Numbered from the stretch's first letter, positions 49,341 to 58,594 are shown. The stretch: DNA of 64,000 nucleotides from an uncultured Candidatus Sumerlaeota bacterium (GCA_964598765.1 CAZRCZ010000008.1:79934-143933), one strand, 5' to 3'. Program-made: numbers and translations. The notes: generated from the letters alone by a model not told the origin.

Positions 49341-50183
49341 ATGATTCTCCTCGAAGGCATCGCCCGATCCGGCACGAGTCTCCTCGGCCGCTTGATGGAA
49401 CTTCTTCTCCGCGACGAAGGCTACGCCTATTACTACGAGCCGTTTCATCATCCGACGCCCGCCGGGATTTTCCCCGATTGGAAATCCATGATCGGGAAAG
49501 TTCTCGCGCCGGGCGATTCGGCTCCGGACTTTTCAGATTATCTGCGGTCGAAACTGAACTCTGCCCGAGCGAAAATCTTTTGGAAGGAAATTCGCCTTCC
49601 GCTGAAACAAGACTGGCTCCTCCGTGAATTTCCCGCTTTGCGAATCGTCCATCTCACCCGCGACATTTTGGGAGTTTGGAGTTCCCATCGCCGACTCGCC
49701 GCGCCCGACTGGATGACCCAACACCGGGACATTTGGGTTGATTGCGCCCGATCATGGAGCGGACAGATGGAAACTTTGAAACGGAAGCAAGTTCCTCATC
49801 TGGATTTGCTGAAAACCTTGGAGGGGCGAACCGAAATCGAATCTTACGCTATCCTCTGGACTTTGAGCGAGTCGTTCGCGTGGCACTTGGACAACAAGCG
49901 GATCCTCTGCGTGGAATACGAGGACTTATGTTTGTTCCCGTTGGAAACCATGAGGAGAATCGCAAAATTCCTTGGCGTTCCGTTTGGAGAACGACTCCAA
50001 CACGATACGCTCCGCCATCTCGCCGAATCGGAAAAGGAGTTTGATCCGTCCGGTCCGGGAACGGGGCGCTCCGCCAAGGAAATGGCGGAAATTTGGAGGG
50101 AGCGTTTGACGAAGGAAGAGATTCATGCGATTGCCGGAATTGCGGGGGGAGTCCGGAGCGAGTTGGGTTATCCGACTGTTTGA
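49341..50183 (+). CDS. Sulfotransferase-family protein
   Basis: The N-terminal PAPS 5'-phosphosulfate-binding-like loop is GIARSGTSLLGRL. A second region, RIVHLTRD...WSSH, is present. Confidence 0.55.
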   Translation: MILLEGIARSGTSLLGRLMELLLRDEGYAYYYEPFHHPTPAGIFPDWKSMIGKVLAPGDSAPDFSDYLRSKLNSARAKIFWKEIRLPLKQDWLLREFPALRIVHLTRDILGVWSSHRRLAAPDWMTQHRDIWVDCARSWSGQMETLKRKQVPHLDLLKTLEGRTEIESYAILWTLSESFAWHLDNKRILCVEYEDLCLFPLETMRRIAKFLGVPFGERLQHDTLRHLAESEKEFDPSGPGTGRSAKEMAEIWRERLTKEEIHAIAGIAGGVRSELGYPTV

Positions 50184-50194
50184 CGTAATTTTAT

Positions 50195-50266
50195 TTCACC
50201 GCCAAGTCACCAAGACACCAAGAACTTTCCCCTTCTTCTTTGTGCCTTGGTGTCTTGGTGGTGAAA
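50195..50266. repeat. Inverted-repeat hairpin element, CACCAAGACAC family
   Basis: The arms are tttcaccgccaagtcaccaagacaccaag and ccttggtgtcttggtggtgaaaa. The element lies between convergent genes. Confidence 0.55.
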
Positions 50267-50273
50267 ATATCTT

Positions 50274-51365
50274 CTAAACCGAAAACCGAATTTCTATCAC
50301 GTCGCCGTCTTGGACGACGTGGGTTTTGCCTTCGAGCCGGAGAAGCCCCTCCTTCTTGACCTGCGCCATCGAGCCGCAACGAAGCAAATCCTCGCACGAA
50401 ACAACCTCGGCGCGAATGAAGCCGCGCGCCAAATCGCTGTGGATCGCGCCTGCGGCGTCGAGTGCGGTCTGGCCCCGGCGGATCGTCCATGCGTGCGCCT
50501 CGGTCGGTCCGGCGGTGAAAAAAGACATCAGCCCGAGAATTTCGTAGGAAATCTGAATCACACGGTCGGCGGCGGGACGCTCGATGCCGAACGAAGCGAG
50601 AAATTCCTTCCGCTCGGCGGGGTCTTCGATCGCGGCGATTTCCATTTCGCTCTTGGCGCAAAGCGCGACGACGGCGGTTTGCGGCGCGAGTCCCTTGGCT
50701 TTGATTTTCTCCTCCCGTGTCGACGCCCCGCTCAATTCGTTTTCGTCGAGATTGACGACGAGCAAAAGAGGTTTGATCGTGATGAGTTGGAAGGCGCGAA
50801 GCGCTTTGGCTTCGTCGGCGTCCAAGTCAACGCTTCGGACCGTTTTTTCATTTTCGAGCGCGATTTTGCATTTCTTGAGCGCGGATTGCTCGCGGTCCAT
50901 CGTCTTGCGCTGGTCGCCGGTGATTTTGGCGATGGTTTTTTCGATCCGCTCCAACCGCGTTTCGACGCGCAGAAGATCGGACAGGATTAACTCGGATTGG
51001 ATCGCGTCGGCGTCGGCCTCGATTCGCGGGGCGAGTCCCCCTTCTTCGAAACCGCGAATGACCGCCACGAGCGCGTCGCAGTTGGCGACGGCGCGGAGAA
51101 GCACCTCGCTCAGCGCGTCGCCGCTTTCTCCCTCGCGCGCGGCGATGCCCGCCACGTCAATGTATTTGATCGCCGCGTGGACGATCTTGGGGGATTTGAA
51201 AAGGTCGGCGAGGCGGTCCAGCCGCGGATCGGGAACCTTGACGACGGCGACGTTGGGCTGGGCTTCCTGAGCCGTGTAGCCGCCGGTCTGCGCCTTGGCG
51301 CCGGTGAGGGCGTTGAAGAGCGTCGTCTTGCCGCTCCGCTCGAAACCGATGATGCCGACTTCCAA
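50274..51365 (-). CDS. ychF: Redox-regulated ATPase YchF (Obg-family GTPase)
   Basis: The P-loop region is MEVGIIGFERSGKTTLFNALT. The NxxD region and the C-terminal TGS domain are present. The length is 363 aa. Confidence 0.9.
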   Translation of the reverse strand: MEVGIIGFERSGKTTLFNALTGAKAQTGGYTAQEAQPNVAVVKVPDPRLDRLADLFKSPKIVHAAIKYIDVAGIAAREGESGDALSEVLLRAVANCDALVAVIRGFEEGGLAPRIEADADAIQSELILSDLLRVETRLERIEKTIAKITGDQRKTMDREQSALKKCKIALENEKTVRSVDLDADEAKALRAFQLITIKPLLLVVNLDENELSGASTREEKIKAKGLAPQTAVVALCAKSEMEIAAIEDPAERKEFLASFGIERPAADRVIQISYEILGLMSFFTAGPTEAHAWTIRRGQTALDAAGAIHSDLARGFIRAEVVSCEDLLRCGSMAQVKKEGLLRLEGKTHVVQDGDVIEIRFSV

Positions 51366-51389
51366 ATTTTTGCAACTTTCCGTTGGGTT

Positions 51390-51659
51390 TTATTCAAAGA
51401 TATCCGCGTGGGAACCAGTCCGTTCGAGAACCAGATTGACAACTGTCATTGAGTCAATGAGAACCCAATTCGGCTCGATGTGACAATCCCGCGATCCCTT
51501 GAATTCTCCGCCCAATGGATGATCGCGGTGCCTCGCATCGAGCGGTTCCCCTTGCGCCAATCGGCGAACAATGACTTTTAGCTTTTCCAAATCCTTGCCC
51601 CTCCTTCTCATTCTCTTCACGTCCTTCAAAAACTGGCGAGTCTGGAAAAGAGTCTTCAT
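51390..51659 (-). CDS. yafQ: YafQ/RelE-family mRNA interferase toxin
   Basis: LDARHRDHPLGGEFKGSRDCHIEPNWVLI matches the YafQ signature. The gene overlaps the upstream antitoxin by 4 nt. Confidence 0.65.
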   Translation of the reverse strand: MKTLFQTRQFLKDVKRMRRRGKDLEKLKVIVRRLAQGEPLDARHRDHPLGGEFKGSRDCHIEPNWVLIDSMTVVNLVLERTGSHADIFE

Positions 51660-51949
51660 TCATCCCAACTGGCGAACATTTCCTCCAACGTGTCAAACCG
51701 CCTTAAATCCTTTCCCTTTTTGCTTTTTCCGAGGGTTTCGCGGGTGCGTTGGTTCGGGACAAGCACGGGGAATGGGAGACCTTGGCGCAGGCAGATTTGG
51801 CGGTAGAAGAGCCGAATCGCCTCGGTCGGGGTCAAGTCGAGTTTGTGGAGGACGCCCTCGGCCTTCTTCTTGACTCGCGGTTCAATACGGGCATGAACGA
51901 CGGCGGATTTCATGATGATGAACGTATCACGCCTGCAACACGCATTCAA
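51656..51949 (-). CDS. dinJ: DinJ/RelB-family antitoxin
   Basis: The ribbon-helix-helix-like N-terminus reads VHARIEPRVKKKAEGVLHKLDLTPTEAIRLF. Confidence 0.55.
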   Translation of the reverse strand: MNACCRRDTFIIMKSAVVHARIEPRVKKKAEGVLHKLDLTPTEAIRLFYRQICLRQGLPFPVLVPNQRTRETLGKSKKGKDLRRFDTLEEMFASWDE

Positions 51950-53826
51950 GCCAAGTTCTTGCAGGGAAGCCCGGCATGATAATCCTGAAGCGCCTTGACG
52001 GTGATCGGTTTGATTTTGATTTGCCCAATGGCTTCGACGGCGGCCCGGGCGGCGGCGACGGTCGTCGCCAGCGCGACGGAATGCGTGACCGCGTGGCGGC
52101 GGATCGGCCGCTCGTCGAATTTGGATTCCTCGCCGGTGAAGGTACTGACAACCATGGCAATCTCGCCGTTGATGATCATGTCGGCGACGTTGGGACGGCC
52201 CTCATTGATCTTGAAAATCCGCTCGTTCGGAATTCCCTGCGCGCGGAGGAAATCGGACGTGCCGCCGGTGGCGACGATCTGAAATCCCAACTCGTGGAGT
52301 TTGCGCGCGACCGGCTCGAAGAGGGGTTTGTCCTCGTCGTTGACGCTGATGAACACCTTGCCCGACGTGGGGAGCGCGACGCCCGCCGCCGCTTGGCTCT
52401 TGGCGAACGCCATGCCGTAATCTTCGTCAATGCCCATGACCTCGCCGGTCGAGCGCATCTCCGGACCAAGCGCGATCGTGCAACCCGCGAATTTTTGGAA
52501 CGGCAGGACGGCTTCTTTAACGGCGTAGAAATTGATTTTTGGCTCTTGCACGAAGCCGAGTTCCGTCAGCTTTTTGCCGACCATGATTTTCGCCGCGAGT
52601 TGCGCGACGGGGACGCCGATGGCCTTGCTGACGTAGGGAACCGTGCGCGAGGCGCGCGGGTTGACCTCCAGCACGTAAACTTCCTCGTCCTTGACGGCGT
52701 ATTGGACGTTCATCAATCCCTTGACGTTGAGCGCGAGGCCCAACTGGCACGTATAGCGGCGGATTTTTTCGAGCACGACGTCCGAAAGGGTCCGCGTGGG
52801 AATCATGCAAGCCGAATCGCCTGAATGAATTCCCGCTTCCTCGATGTGCTCCATGATCGCGGCGATGGTGACGTTCTCTCCGTCGCCGAGCGCGTCCACG
52901 TCCACCTCGACGGCGCGCTCCAAGAAGCGGTCCACCAAAATCGGATGCCCGTCGGCGGCTTGAATTGCCGCTTCGGTAAATTTTTCCAGTTGCTCCTCGT
53001 TCCAAACGATTTCCATCGCCCTGCCGCCGAGGACATAAGAGGGGCGCACGAGAACGGGAAATCCCATTCGATGCGCAATGGTTCTGACCTCTTCCAACGT
53101 GAGTCCCGATCCATTTTCGGGTTGGGGAATCCCGAGTTTTTCAAGCATCGCGCCGAATCGCCGGCGGTCTTCGGCCAAGTCAATGGACTCGGGCGAAGTG
53201 CCGATGATCGGCACGCCTTCGGCTTCCAAACCCTTGGCGAGATTGAGCGGCGTCTGTCCGCCAAATTGCACGATGACCCCGTCGGGCTTTTCCACGTCGC
53301 AAATTGCGACGACGTCCTCGACGGTCAACGGCTCGAAGTAGAGTTTGTCCGACGTGTCGTAATCGGTCGAGACCGTTTCCGGATTGGAGTTGACCATGAT
53401 CGTTTCGTAGCCTTCGGCCTTGAGGGCGAAGACCGCCTGCACGCAACAATAATCGAATTCGATCCCTTGGCCGATCCGGTTCGGGCCGCCGCCGAGAATC
53501 ATGATTTTTTTCTTGGGCGTTCGGCGCGATTCGTTGGTCGTTTCGTAGGTGGAATAAAAGTAAGGGGTCATCGCCTCGAACTCCCCCGCGCAAGTGTCCA
53601 CCGATTTGAAAACGGGAACGATTCCGAGGCTCTTGCGCCATTTCCGCACTTGGGCTTCCGTCACGCGCGCGTCGGATTTCGGATCGCGGCTTTGCGCGGC
53701 GCGGGTGAGGATGTGCGCGATTTGCTTGTCGGAGAATCCGAATTGCTTGGCGCGGAAAAGAAGTTCGTTCCGCGCGGATGAAACGGGCGCGCTTGATTTT
53801 GAGGCCGGCATGATTTGGATCGTCAT
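51946..53826 (-). CDS. carB: Carbamoyl-phosphate synthase large subunit, C-terminal half (oligomerisation domain + second ATP-grasp + MGS-like domain); split carB
   Basis: KKIMILGGGPNRIGQGIEFDYCCVQAVFALKAEGYETIMVNSNPETVSTDYDTSDKLYFEPLT aligns to E. coli CarB from residue ~555. The oligomerisation-domain segment lies upstream. The start codon is uncertain (53826 or 53913). Confidence 0.75.
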   Translation of the reverse strand: MTIQIMPASKSSAPVSSARNELLFRAKQFGFSDKQIAHILTRAAQSRDPKSDARVTEAQVRKWRKSLGIVPVFKSVDTCAGEFEAMTPYFYSTYETTNESRRTPKKKIMILGGGPNRIGQGIEFDYCCVQAVFALKAEGYETIMVNSNPETVSTDYDTSDKLYFEPLTVEDVVAICDVEKPDGVIVQFGGQTPLNLAKGLEAEGVPIIGTSPESIDLAEDRRRFGAMLEKLGIPQPENGSGLTLEEVRTIAHRMGFPVLVRPSYVLGGRAMEIVWNEEQLEKFTEAAIQAADGHPILVDRFLERAVEVDVDALGDGENVTIAAIMEHIEEAGIHSGDSACMIPTRTLSDVVLEKIRRYTCQLGLALNVKGLMNVQYAVKDEEVYVLEVNPRASRTVPYVSKAIGVPVAQLAAKIMVGKKLTELGFVQEPKINFYAVKEAVLPFQKFAGCTIALGPEMRSTGEVMGIDEDYGMAFAKSQAAAGVALPTSGKVFISVNDEDKPLFEPVARKLHELGFQIVATGGTSDFLRAQGIPNERIFKINEGRPNVADMIINGEIAMVVSTFTGEESKFDERPIRRHAVTHSVALATTVAAARAAVEAIGQIKIKPITVKALQDYHAGLPCKNLA

Positions 53827-53977
53827 GAAATCCCTTGAGCCATTCCCGCTTCCTGCAAGGAAGCGGTATGGATAAATTCGTAAGACTTTAAGCGAGAGCA
53901 GGGACAAGAGCAAGGGTAAGAAAGGAAGCGATAGCGAGTCTTAAACACCGAGACAACGAGCGCCCACGCTTCCCGGG

Positions 53978-54442
53978 TTGCGGAGGAGAGAAAGCCAAGA
54001 GTATGATCAACGGCAAATGGTCATGGGCAAACTGAATTCTCCCAAACGAAACCTGAATGTCCGCAGACGCGAGACTGGTCGGAAGGCCACGGCAACTGGC
54101 GGACGACTTAGCTTGAAGCTACGTTTGATTGTGGATGGAGTTCGCGCCATCGGTCCGGGGAAGGCCGATCTTTTGGAAGGAATCCAATGCGAGGGTTCAA
54201 TCATGGATGCCGCCCGCAAGATGAAGATGTCTTACCGCCGGGCATGGGGGCTGGTGCGGGAGATGAACAAATGCTTTTCCGCCCCGCTTGTGGAAGCTCG
54301 GGTCGGAGGCGCCTCCGGCGGAAAAGCCCGGCTCAGTCCGCTGGGCATCGAAGTTTTGCGTTACTATCGCTCGGCCGAAGTTTCCGCCACCAAGGCCGCC
54401 GAGCCGGGAATCTCGGCGCTCCGCCAGAAACTCCGCGGGTAG
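53978..54442 (+). CDS. ModE-like winged-helix regulator (N-terminal domain only)
   Basis: GSIMDAARKMKMSYRRAWGLVREMNKCFSAPLVEARVGGASGGKARLSPLGIEVL matches the ModE N-domain signature. The start codon is uncertain. Confidence 0.6.
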   Translation: MRRRESQEYDQRQMVMGKLNSPKRNLNVRRRETGRKATATGGRLSLKLRLIVDGVRAIGPGKADLLEGIQCEGSIMDAARKMKMSYRRAWGLVREMNKCFSAPLVEARVGGASGGKARLSPLGIEVLRYYRSAEVSATKAAEPGISALRQKLRG

Positions 54443-54491
54443 TTTTCAATTTACCGTTGACCCCCGCGCCAAGATCTCGTTATGTTTATCC

Positions 54492-55097
54492 ATGCATAAC
54501 GAGTCCGGCGGCAGAACCACGCGGGGCATTAGGCCGACGCCAATTTTCTTGTTTTTCCTTATCGGGGCGGTCGCGTTTGCCCAAAATTCGAACGGCACCA
54601 ACCTATTGCCGCCTGCGTTGATTGTCTCCGGCGATCTGCCGACCACCGGAGTCTTGTCTCTTGAGCAGATTCAATCGCTCGCATCCATCGAAGTTGAATG
54701 GAGTCATGACAATGAAACCCACCGGGTGATTGGAATTCCATTGGAGAGAATTCTCACGCGATTCGGTTTCGATTCCGGCCCGCACGGCCGCGAGCTTCAA
54801 AACAACGCCGAGCGGCGTAGCGGCTGGCGGAAGGTGATCGTGGCATCGGCGCCGGATGGATTCCAAGCCGTGTTCACCTGCGCCGAAGTGTTCGGGGAAA
54901 TCGGCCCCTCCAAGGTCTTGATAGTCTGGCGGGTGGACGGGAAACCGCTTCCCCCGGACTCCGGTCCTTTGCGGCTAATCGCGCTGTCGGACATGAAGGG
55001 ATCGAGATCCATCCGCCAGCTCCGTCGTCTTGAGATCGTGGATATGCGAAGAATTGTCCCTCCGATGGTTGGGGAATTGCGTCGTGCATCCCCCTAA
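54492..55097 (+). CDS. Oxidoreductase molybdopterin-binding-like domain protein (sulfite-oxidase/MsrP fold-like, lacks conserved Cys)
   Basis: The signal peptide region is IFLFFLIGAVAFA. The C-terminal PLRLIALSDMKGSRSIRQLRRLEIVD resembles the Mo-co oxidoreductase terminus. The start is reassigned to the internal Met. Confidence 0.4.
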   Translation: MHNESGGRTTRGIRPTPIFLFFLIGAVAFAQNSNGTNLLPPALIVSGDLPTTGVLSLEQIQSLASIEVEWSHDNETHRVIGIPLERILTRFGFDSGPHGRELQNNAERRSGWRKVIVASAPDGFQAVFTCAEVFGEIGPSKVLIVWRVDGKPLPPDSGPLRLIALSDMKGSRSIRQLRRLEIVDMRRIVPPMVGELRRASP

Positions 55098-55725
55098 AAA
55101 CGCCGCCTTTTCCCTGATTGAATTGCTCGTCGTGGTCGGAGTCGTCGCCGTTTTGGCGGCCATTGCGGTGCCCAATATGCTCGAGGCCCAAGTCCGCGCC
55201 AAAATATCGCGAGCCAAAGCGGATATGCGAGCCTTGGCGGTCGCCATTGAGAGCTACGGAGTCGATCATGGGGACTATCCGATTGCTTGGGGGCTACAGG
55301 TTGAAGGGCGGGACTCGCTCCAGTCGCTTTCAACTCCCGTTGCTTATATGGCATCGGGGGACGTGGAGGACCCCTTCGCAAAGAGCAACCGTTCCCGTTA
55401 CGAATCGGTCCTCCTGTATGAGGATGTCAACGACGAGGGGCGCATGATCGAATCTCCACCTCAATCCAAATACAGCGCGCCTCCCGATGGCGCGCCGATC
55501 AAATGGTGGTGGATCGCCAGCCGCGGACCGGATCAAGGATTCGGCTTCGGCGCCCCTGTTCAGGATCCCGAGGGGAATCTGTGGAAGAAATTTTACAAAT
55601 GCGACCTCGACCCGGGAGCTTGGCTGACGGTCGTCTATGATCCAACGAATGGAAGCGTGAGTTTGGGCAATATCTATCGCGCGGGCGGGGCGGTTCGAGG
55701 TTTCGCCGGGCAGACCATGCGGTGA
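55085..55725 (+). CDS. Prepilin-type N-terminal cleavage/methylation domain protein (pseudopilin-like)
   Basis: The class III signal and hydrophobic helix read KNAAFSLIELLVVVGVVAVLAAIAVPNMLEAQVRAKISRAKADMRALAVAIESY. The likely start is GTG at 55085. Confidence 0.6.
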
Positions 55726-55760
55726 TCTCGATCAAGTTAATGAAGGAAAAATGAGAGCCA

Positions 55761-56666
55761 ATGAAATTGAAGAAATTAACCCCAACTTTGTTCATCGTCA
55801 GTCTCGCGTTTTTGGCGCGCCCCTTTGCCGCAACCTTCAGCGGAACGGCCGAAACGGACGACGCGACGGTTTTTTCCGATCAACCGACGGGCAATGCGGG
55901 GGCGGCAACCGAATGTCGCTCCGGGCGTAACGGCACGGGTGCGTATCGAAGATTTCTAATCTGGTTTGATCTTTCCACCATTCCAGCAAATGCAACGGTC
56001 AGTTCCGCCTCGCTCGACCTTACGCTGACCTCCGCGCCAGTGGGCGGTCCCGCTTCGACCAATCAAAAGCTCTGCCTGTTGACCAACTCATGGGTGGAAG
56101 GCACGGGGACCGACCTCAATGGCTTGAATGTCGTCACCGGAGCAGTCTCTTGGAATTCACGCATGGAAGGATCGGTCACTTGGACTTCGGCGGGAGGCGA
56201 TTTCATTACAACCCCGACGGCAACGCTGAGCGTCACCAAATCAATCGGCGGCGTCTATACATGGTCGGGCGCGGGGGTCGCGAACGACGTTCAATCTTGG
56301 ATAGCAACCGGCGGGACAAATAATTTCGGATGGATTCTCATTGGCGATGAGGCCGTCTCCCAAAGTATTCGCGGATACGCAACATCCGAGGCGACCTCCG
56401 GAGTGCCTGTGTTAACAGTCACTTACACGACACCGACGGCTACTCCCACCCCCTCTCCAACCCGATCTCCTACTCCTTCGCCAACGGCAACCATCACTCC
56501 TACTCCTACCGACACCCCGACTTCCACTCCTTCCCCCACAGGAACCCCCACGGCAACCATCACCGATACCACAACACCGACTCCCTCGATGACCCCAACC
56601 CCTTCACCCACCGATACGCCGACTCCCACCCACAATTCCACGCGAAATTGGGATTTGTATGAATAA
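55761..56666 (+). CDS. Secreted protein: globular domain + Thr/Pro-rich linker + C-terminal tail [10 protein letters not shown]
   Basis: The signal peptide is [24 protein letters not shown]. The PT linker runs ~56440-56630. The terminal decapeptide is homologous to the end of the giant protein. Confidence 0.6.
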   Translation: MKLKKLTPTLFIVSLAFLARPFAATFSGTAETDDATVFSDQPTGNAGAATECRSGRNGTGAYRRFLIWFDLSTIPANATVSSASLDLTLTSAPVGGPASTNQKLCLLTNSWVEGTGTDLNGLNVVTGAVSWNSRMEGSVTWTSAGGDFITTPTATLSVTKSIGGVYTWSGAGVANDVQSWIATGGTNNFGWILIGDEAVSQSIRGYATSEATSGVPVLTVTYTTPTATPTPSPTRSPTPSPTATITPTPTDTPTSTPSPTGTPTATITDTTTPTPSMTPTPSPTDTPTPTHNSTRNWDLYE

Positions 56667-56735
56667 TTTGTTCGTCCTTGCTTGCCGTCTGCCGCGCCTA
56701 GCGCTAGAATTCCAATTCGTTGGAATGAAAGCCAG

Positions 56736-57497
56736 ATGGTGCGCTCGGATGAAAACAACGGCGTGGACGTGGTGATTGACGACCGCGAACGCGCGGCAAA
56801 ATTGGATCAAGCCGTTGCGGAAATATCCGGCGTCGCGCCCCGCGTCGAACGATTGACCGTCGGCGACGTGTTGGTCGGCAGGCGGTTTTTGATCGAACGC
56901 AAGGCTACCGCCGATTTTATCGCTTCCATTCTCGACGAGCGGCTCTTCAACCAAATGGCGCAATTGGCGTCGCAACCCTTCGAGCCGATTCTGATTTTGG
57001 AGGGGGAATTCGATCCGAATTCCGGTTCGGGAATTTCAGCGCGCGCGTTGCGCGGGGCAATGTTGAGCGTGAGTCTCGATTGGGGCGTTCCGATTTTGCG
57101 CGCGCGGTCGGTCCGGGAAACGGCCCAGTGGATTCAGGCGTTGATTGGCCGGATTCAAAAATCCGTAGGTTCCCCCGATTGGCGGAACGTCTCGCCGACC
57201 GGACAAAGAACACCCCGCCGCCAAGTTCCCGCCCGTCCCCGCAGAAAATCCGTTTCGCCCGAATCGCGCCGACGCAAGCAAGAGATCGAATTGCTCCGCC
57301 AACTCCCCGGCGTCGGAACGCTCCGCGCCGAGACGCTCCTGCAAAAATTCGGAAATCTCCCCGGCGTCATCCGCGCCTCGATTTTCGATCTGGCCGAGAC
57401 CGACGGAATCGGCAACCGCCTTGCGGAACAAATTTTCACGGCCTTGCACGACGAACCACCGGGCAGAGATAAGCTAAGCGAGAAATCGAGAGGCTGA
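56736..57497 (+). CDS. ERCC4 (XPF/Mus81/Hef-type) nuclease domain protein with C-terminal tandem helix-hairpin-helix
   Basis: GDVLVGRRFLIERKATADFIASILDERLFNQ matches the ERCC4 ERK signature. HhH2 segments are LPGVGTLRAETLLQKFG and TDGIGNRLAEQIF. Confidence 0.65.
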   Translation: MVRSDENNGVDVVIDDRERAAKLDQAVAEISGVAPRVERLTVGDVLVGRRFLIERKATADFIASILDERLFNQMAQLASQPFEPILILEGEFDPNSGSGISARALRGAMLSVSLDWGVPILRARSVRETAQWIQALIGRIQKSVGSPDWRNVSPTGQRTPRRQVPARPRRKSVSPESRRRKQEIELLRQLPGVGTLRAETLLQKFGNLPGVIRASIFDLAETDGIGNRLAEQIFTALHDEPPGRDKLSEKSRG

Positions 57498-57523
57498 CTC
57501 AGCTTCAAGGGGTTTTCCTAAGA

Positions 57524-57881
57524 ATGAAATATGATCTTATTGTATCAATCCCGCTCTTGCTTGCGTGTGGACTTGCCTGTCACAACGAGAATAAACCAAT
57601 CGTCAGACAGACGAGCGGACATATGAAGCCGCCTCAACCTGTCTCGGAAAACGAACCTCAAGATGTTTCGGATAGTGAAAAGGATTGGGCCATCGCCATC
57701 GCAAAAGCCGAAGTCAAAAAAAAGGGGGGAAGCCAAAATAGATGAATCCTCGATTTCGGTCTGGTTCGACGATGAACATTACTGGGTGGGGTTAATTTTC
57801 TTGCCTCCGAGGCCGGGCGGACACGCGACTGTTAAGATCTCGAAGGAAGGAAAAATAATCCAATGGCACGGTGGCGCGTGA
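57524..57881 (+). pseudogene. Small lipoprotein gene interrupted by frameshift at A8G6 homopolymer (57716-57729)
   Basis: ORFs 57524..57745 and 57663..57881 join in the +1 frame at the tract. The joined product would read ...AKAEVKKKGGEAKIDESSISVWFDDEHYW.... The lipobox is LLLACGLAC. Confidence 0.4.
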
Positions 57882-58081
57882 CCCCCAGTAAGCATCTGCT
57901 TAACGGCTCATAATAAAAACCACCAACGCAATGACCAGCGTCAGGGCGAGAAACTTGATCCACCTGCGGAACGTTTCCTTAACAATGACCGCCGGACGGC
58001 GGTTTTCGTTCACGCTGATGGAGAGACAAATCGCGCCAGAAAGATAAATCATCGAACTGAAATAGAGGATTCCGAGAGGGG

Positions 58082-58594
58082 TCATGTTTTGCTTTTCCCT
58101 TCCTCGGCGTCCTCGGATTCCTCCAACGCTTGCTCCTGCGCCAGAAAACGGAGATGCGGTTTGACGAGGCGGTCGTAAAAATTGCCGATGGCGAAATAAT
58201 TCAGCGCGCCGGCGACGATCAGATAATAACTTCCCAATTCATAATAAGGATGCTGGGGAATGCCGCCGAGCCGTCCGAGTCCCCTGAACATCGCGGGCCA
58301 ATGACCGGCGGCGAAACTAATCAGCGCCGGAAGCCCGCTCCCCAGTTGAACGATGAACGTGAAATTGTTGATGAGGTTGAATTCCTCGTCGTGAATGGAC
58401 CAGCTCGGCCACGCCACCGCGCTATGGAGCGAGATGCCGATCCCGAACGTCACGGCGACGAGAAAAAAATGCGTCAAGCCGCGGGTCCGACGGCCGCAAA
58501 GAATAAACCCTCCGCCGGGGATCAACCATCCGATGAGCAATCCCAACCAGCCCAGAAGCGGCGGAACCGGAGTGCGTGGGGTGGGTTCGTTCAT
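58082..58594 (-). CDS. Hypothetical multi-pass membrane protein
   Basis: Four or five hydrophobic helices are present. A 4-nt overlap links the gene to the upstream PSCyt gene and the downstream 61-aa membrane ORF. Confidence 0.5.
   Translation of the reverse strand: MNEPTPRTPVPPLLGWLGLLIGWLIPGGGFILCGRRTRGLTHFFLVAVTFGIGISLHSAVAWPSWSIHDEEFNLINNFTFIVQLGSGLPALISFAAGHWPAMFRGLGRLGGIPQHPYYELGSYYLIVAGALNYFAIGNFYDRLVKPHLRFLAQEQALEESEDAEEGKSKT

Noticed and set aside
50310-50990. 226-aa plus-strand ORF
   Set aside because: It is antisense to ychF.
51976-53781. Two plus-strand ORFs of 282 and 318 aa
   Set aside because: They are antisense to the carB C-terminal half, which aligns residue by residue with E. 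coli CarB.
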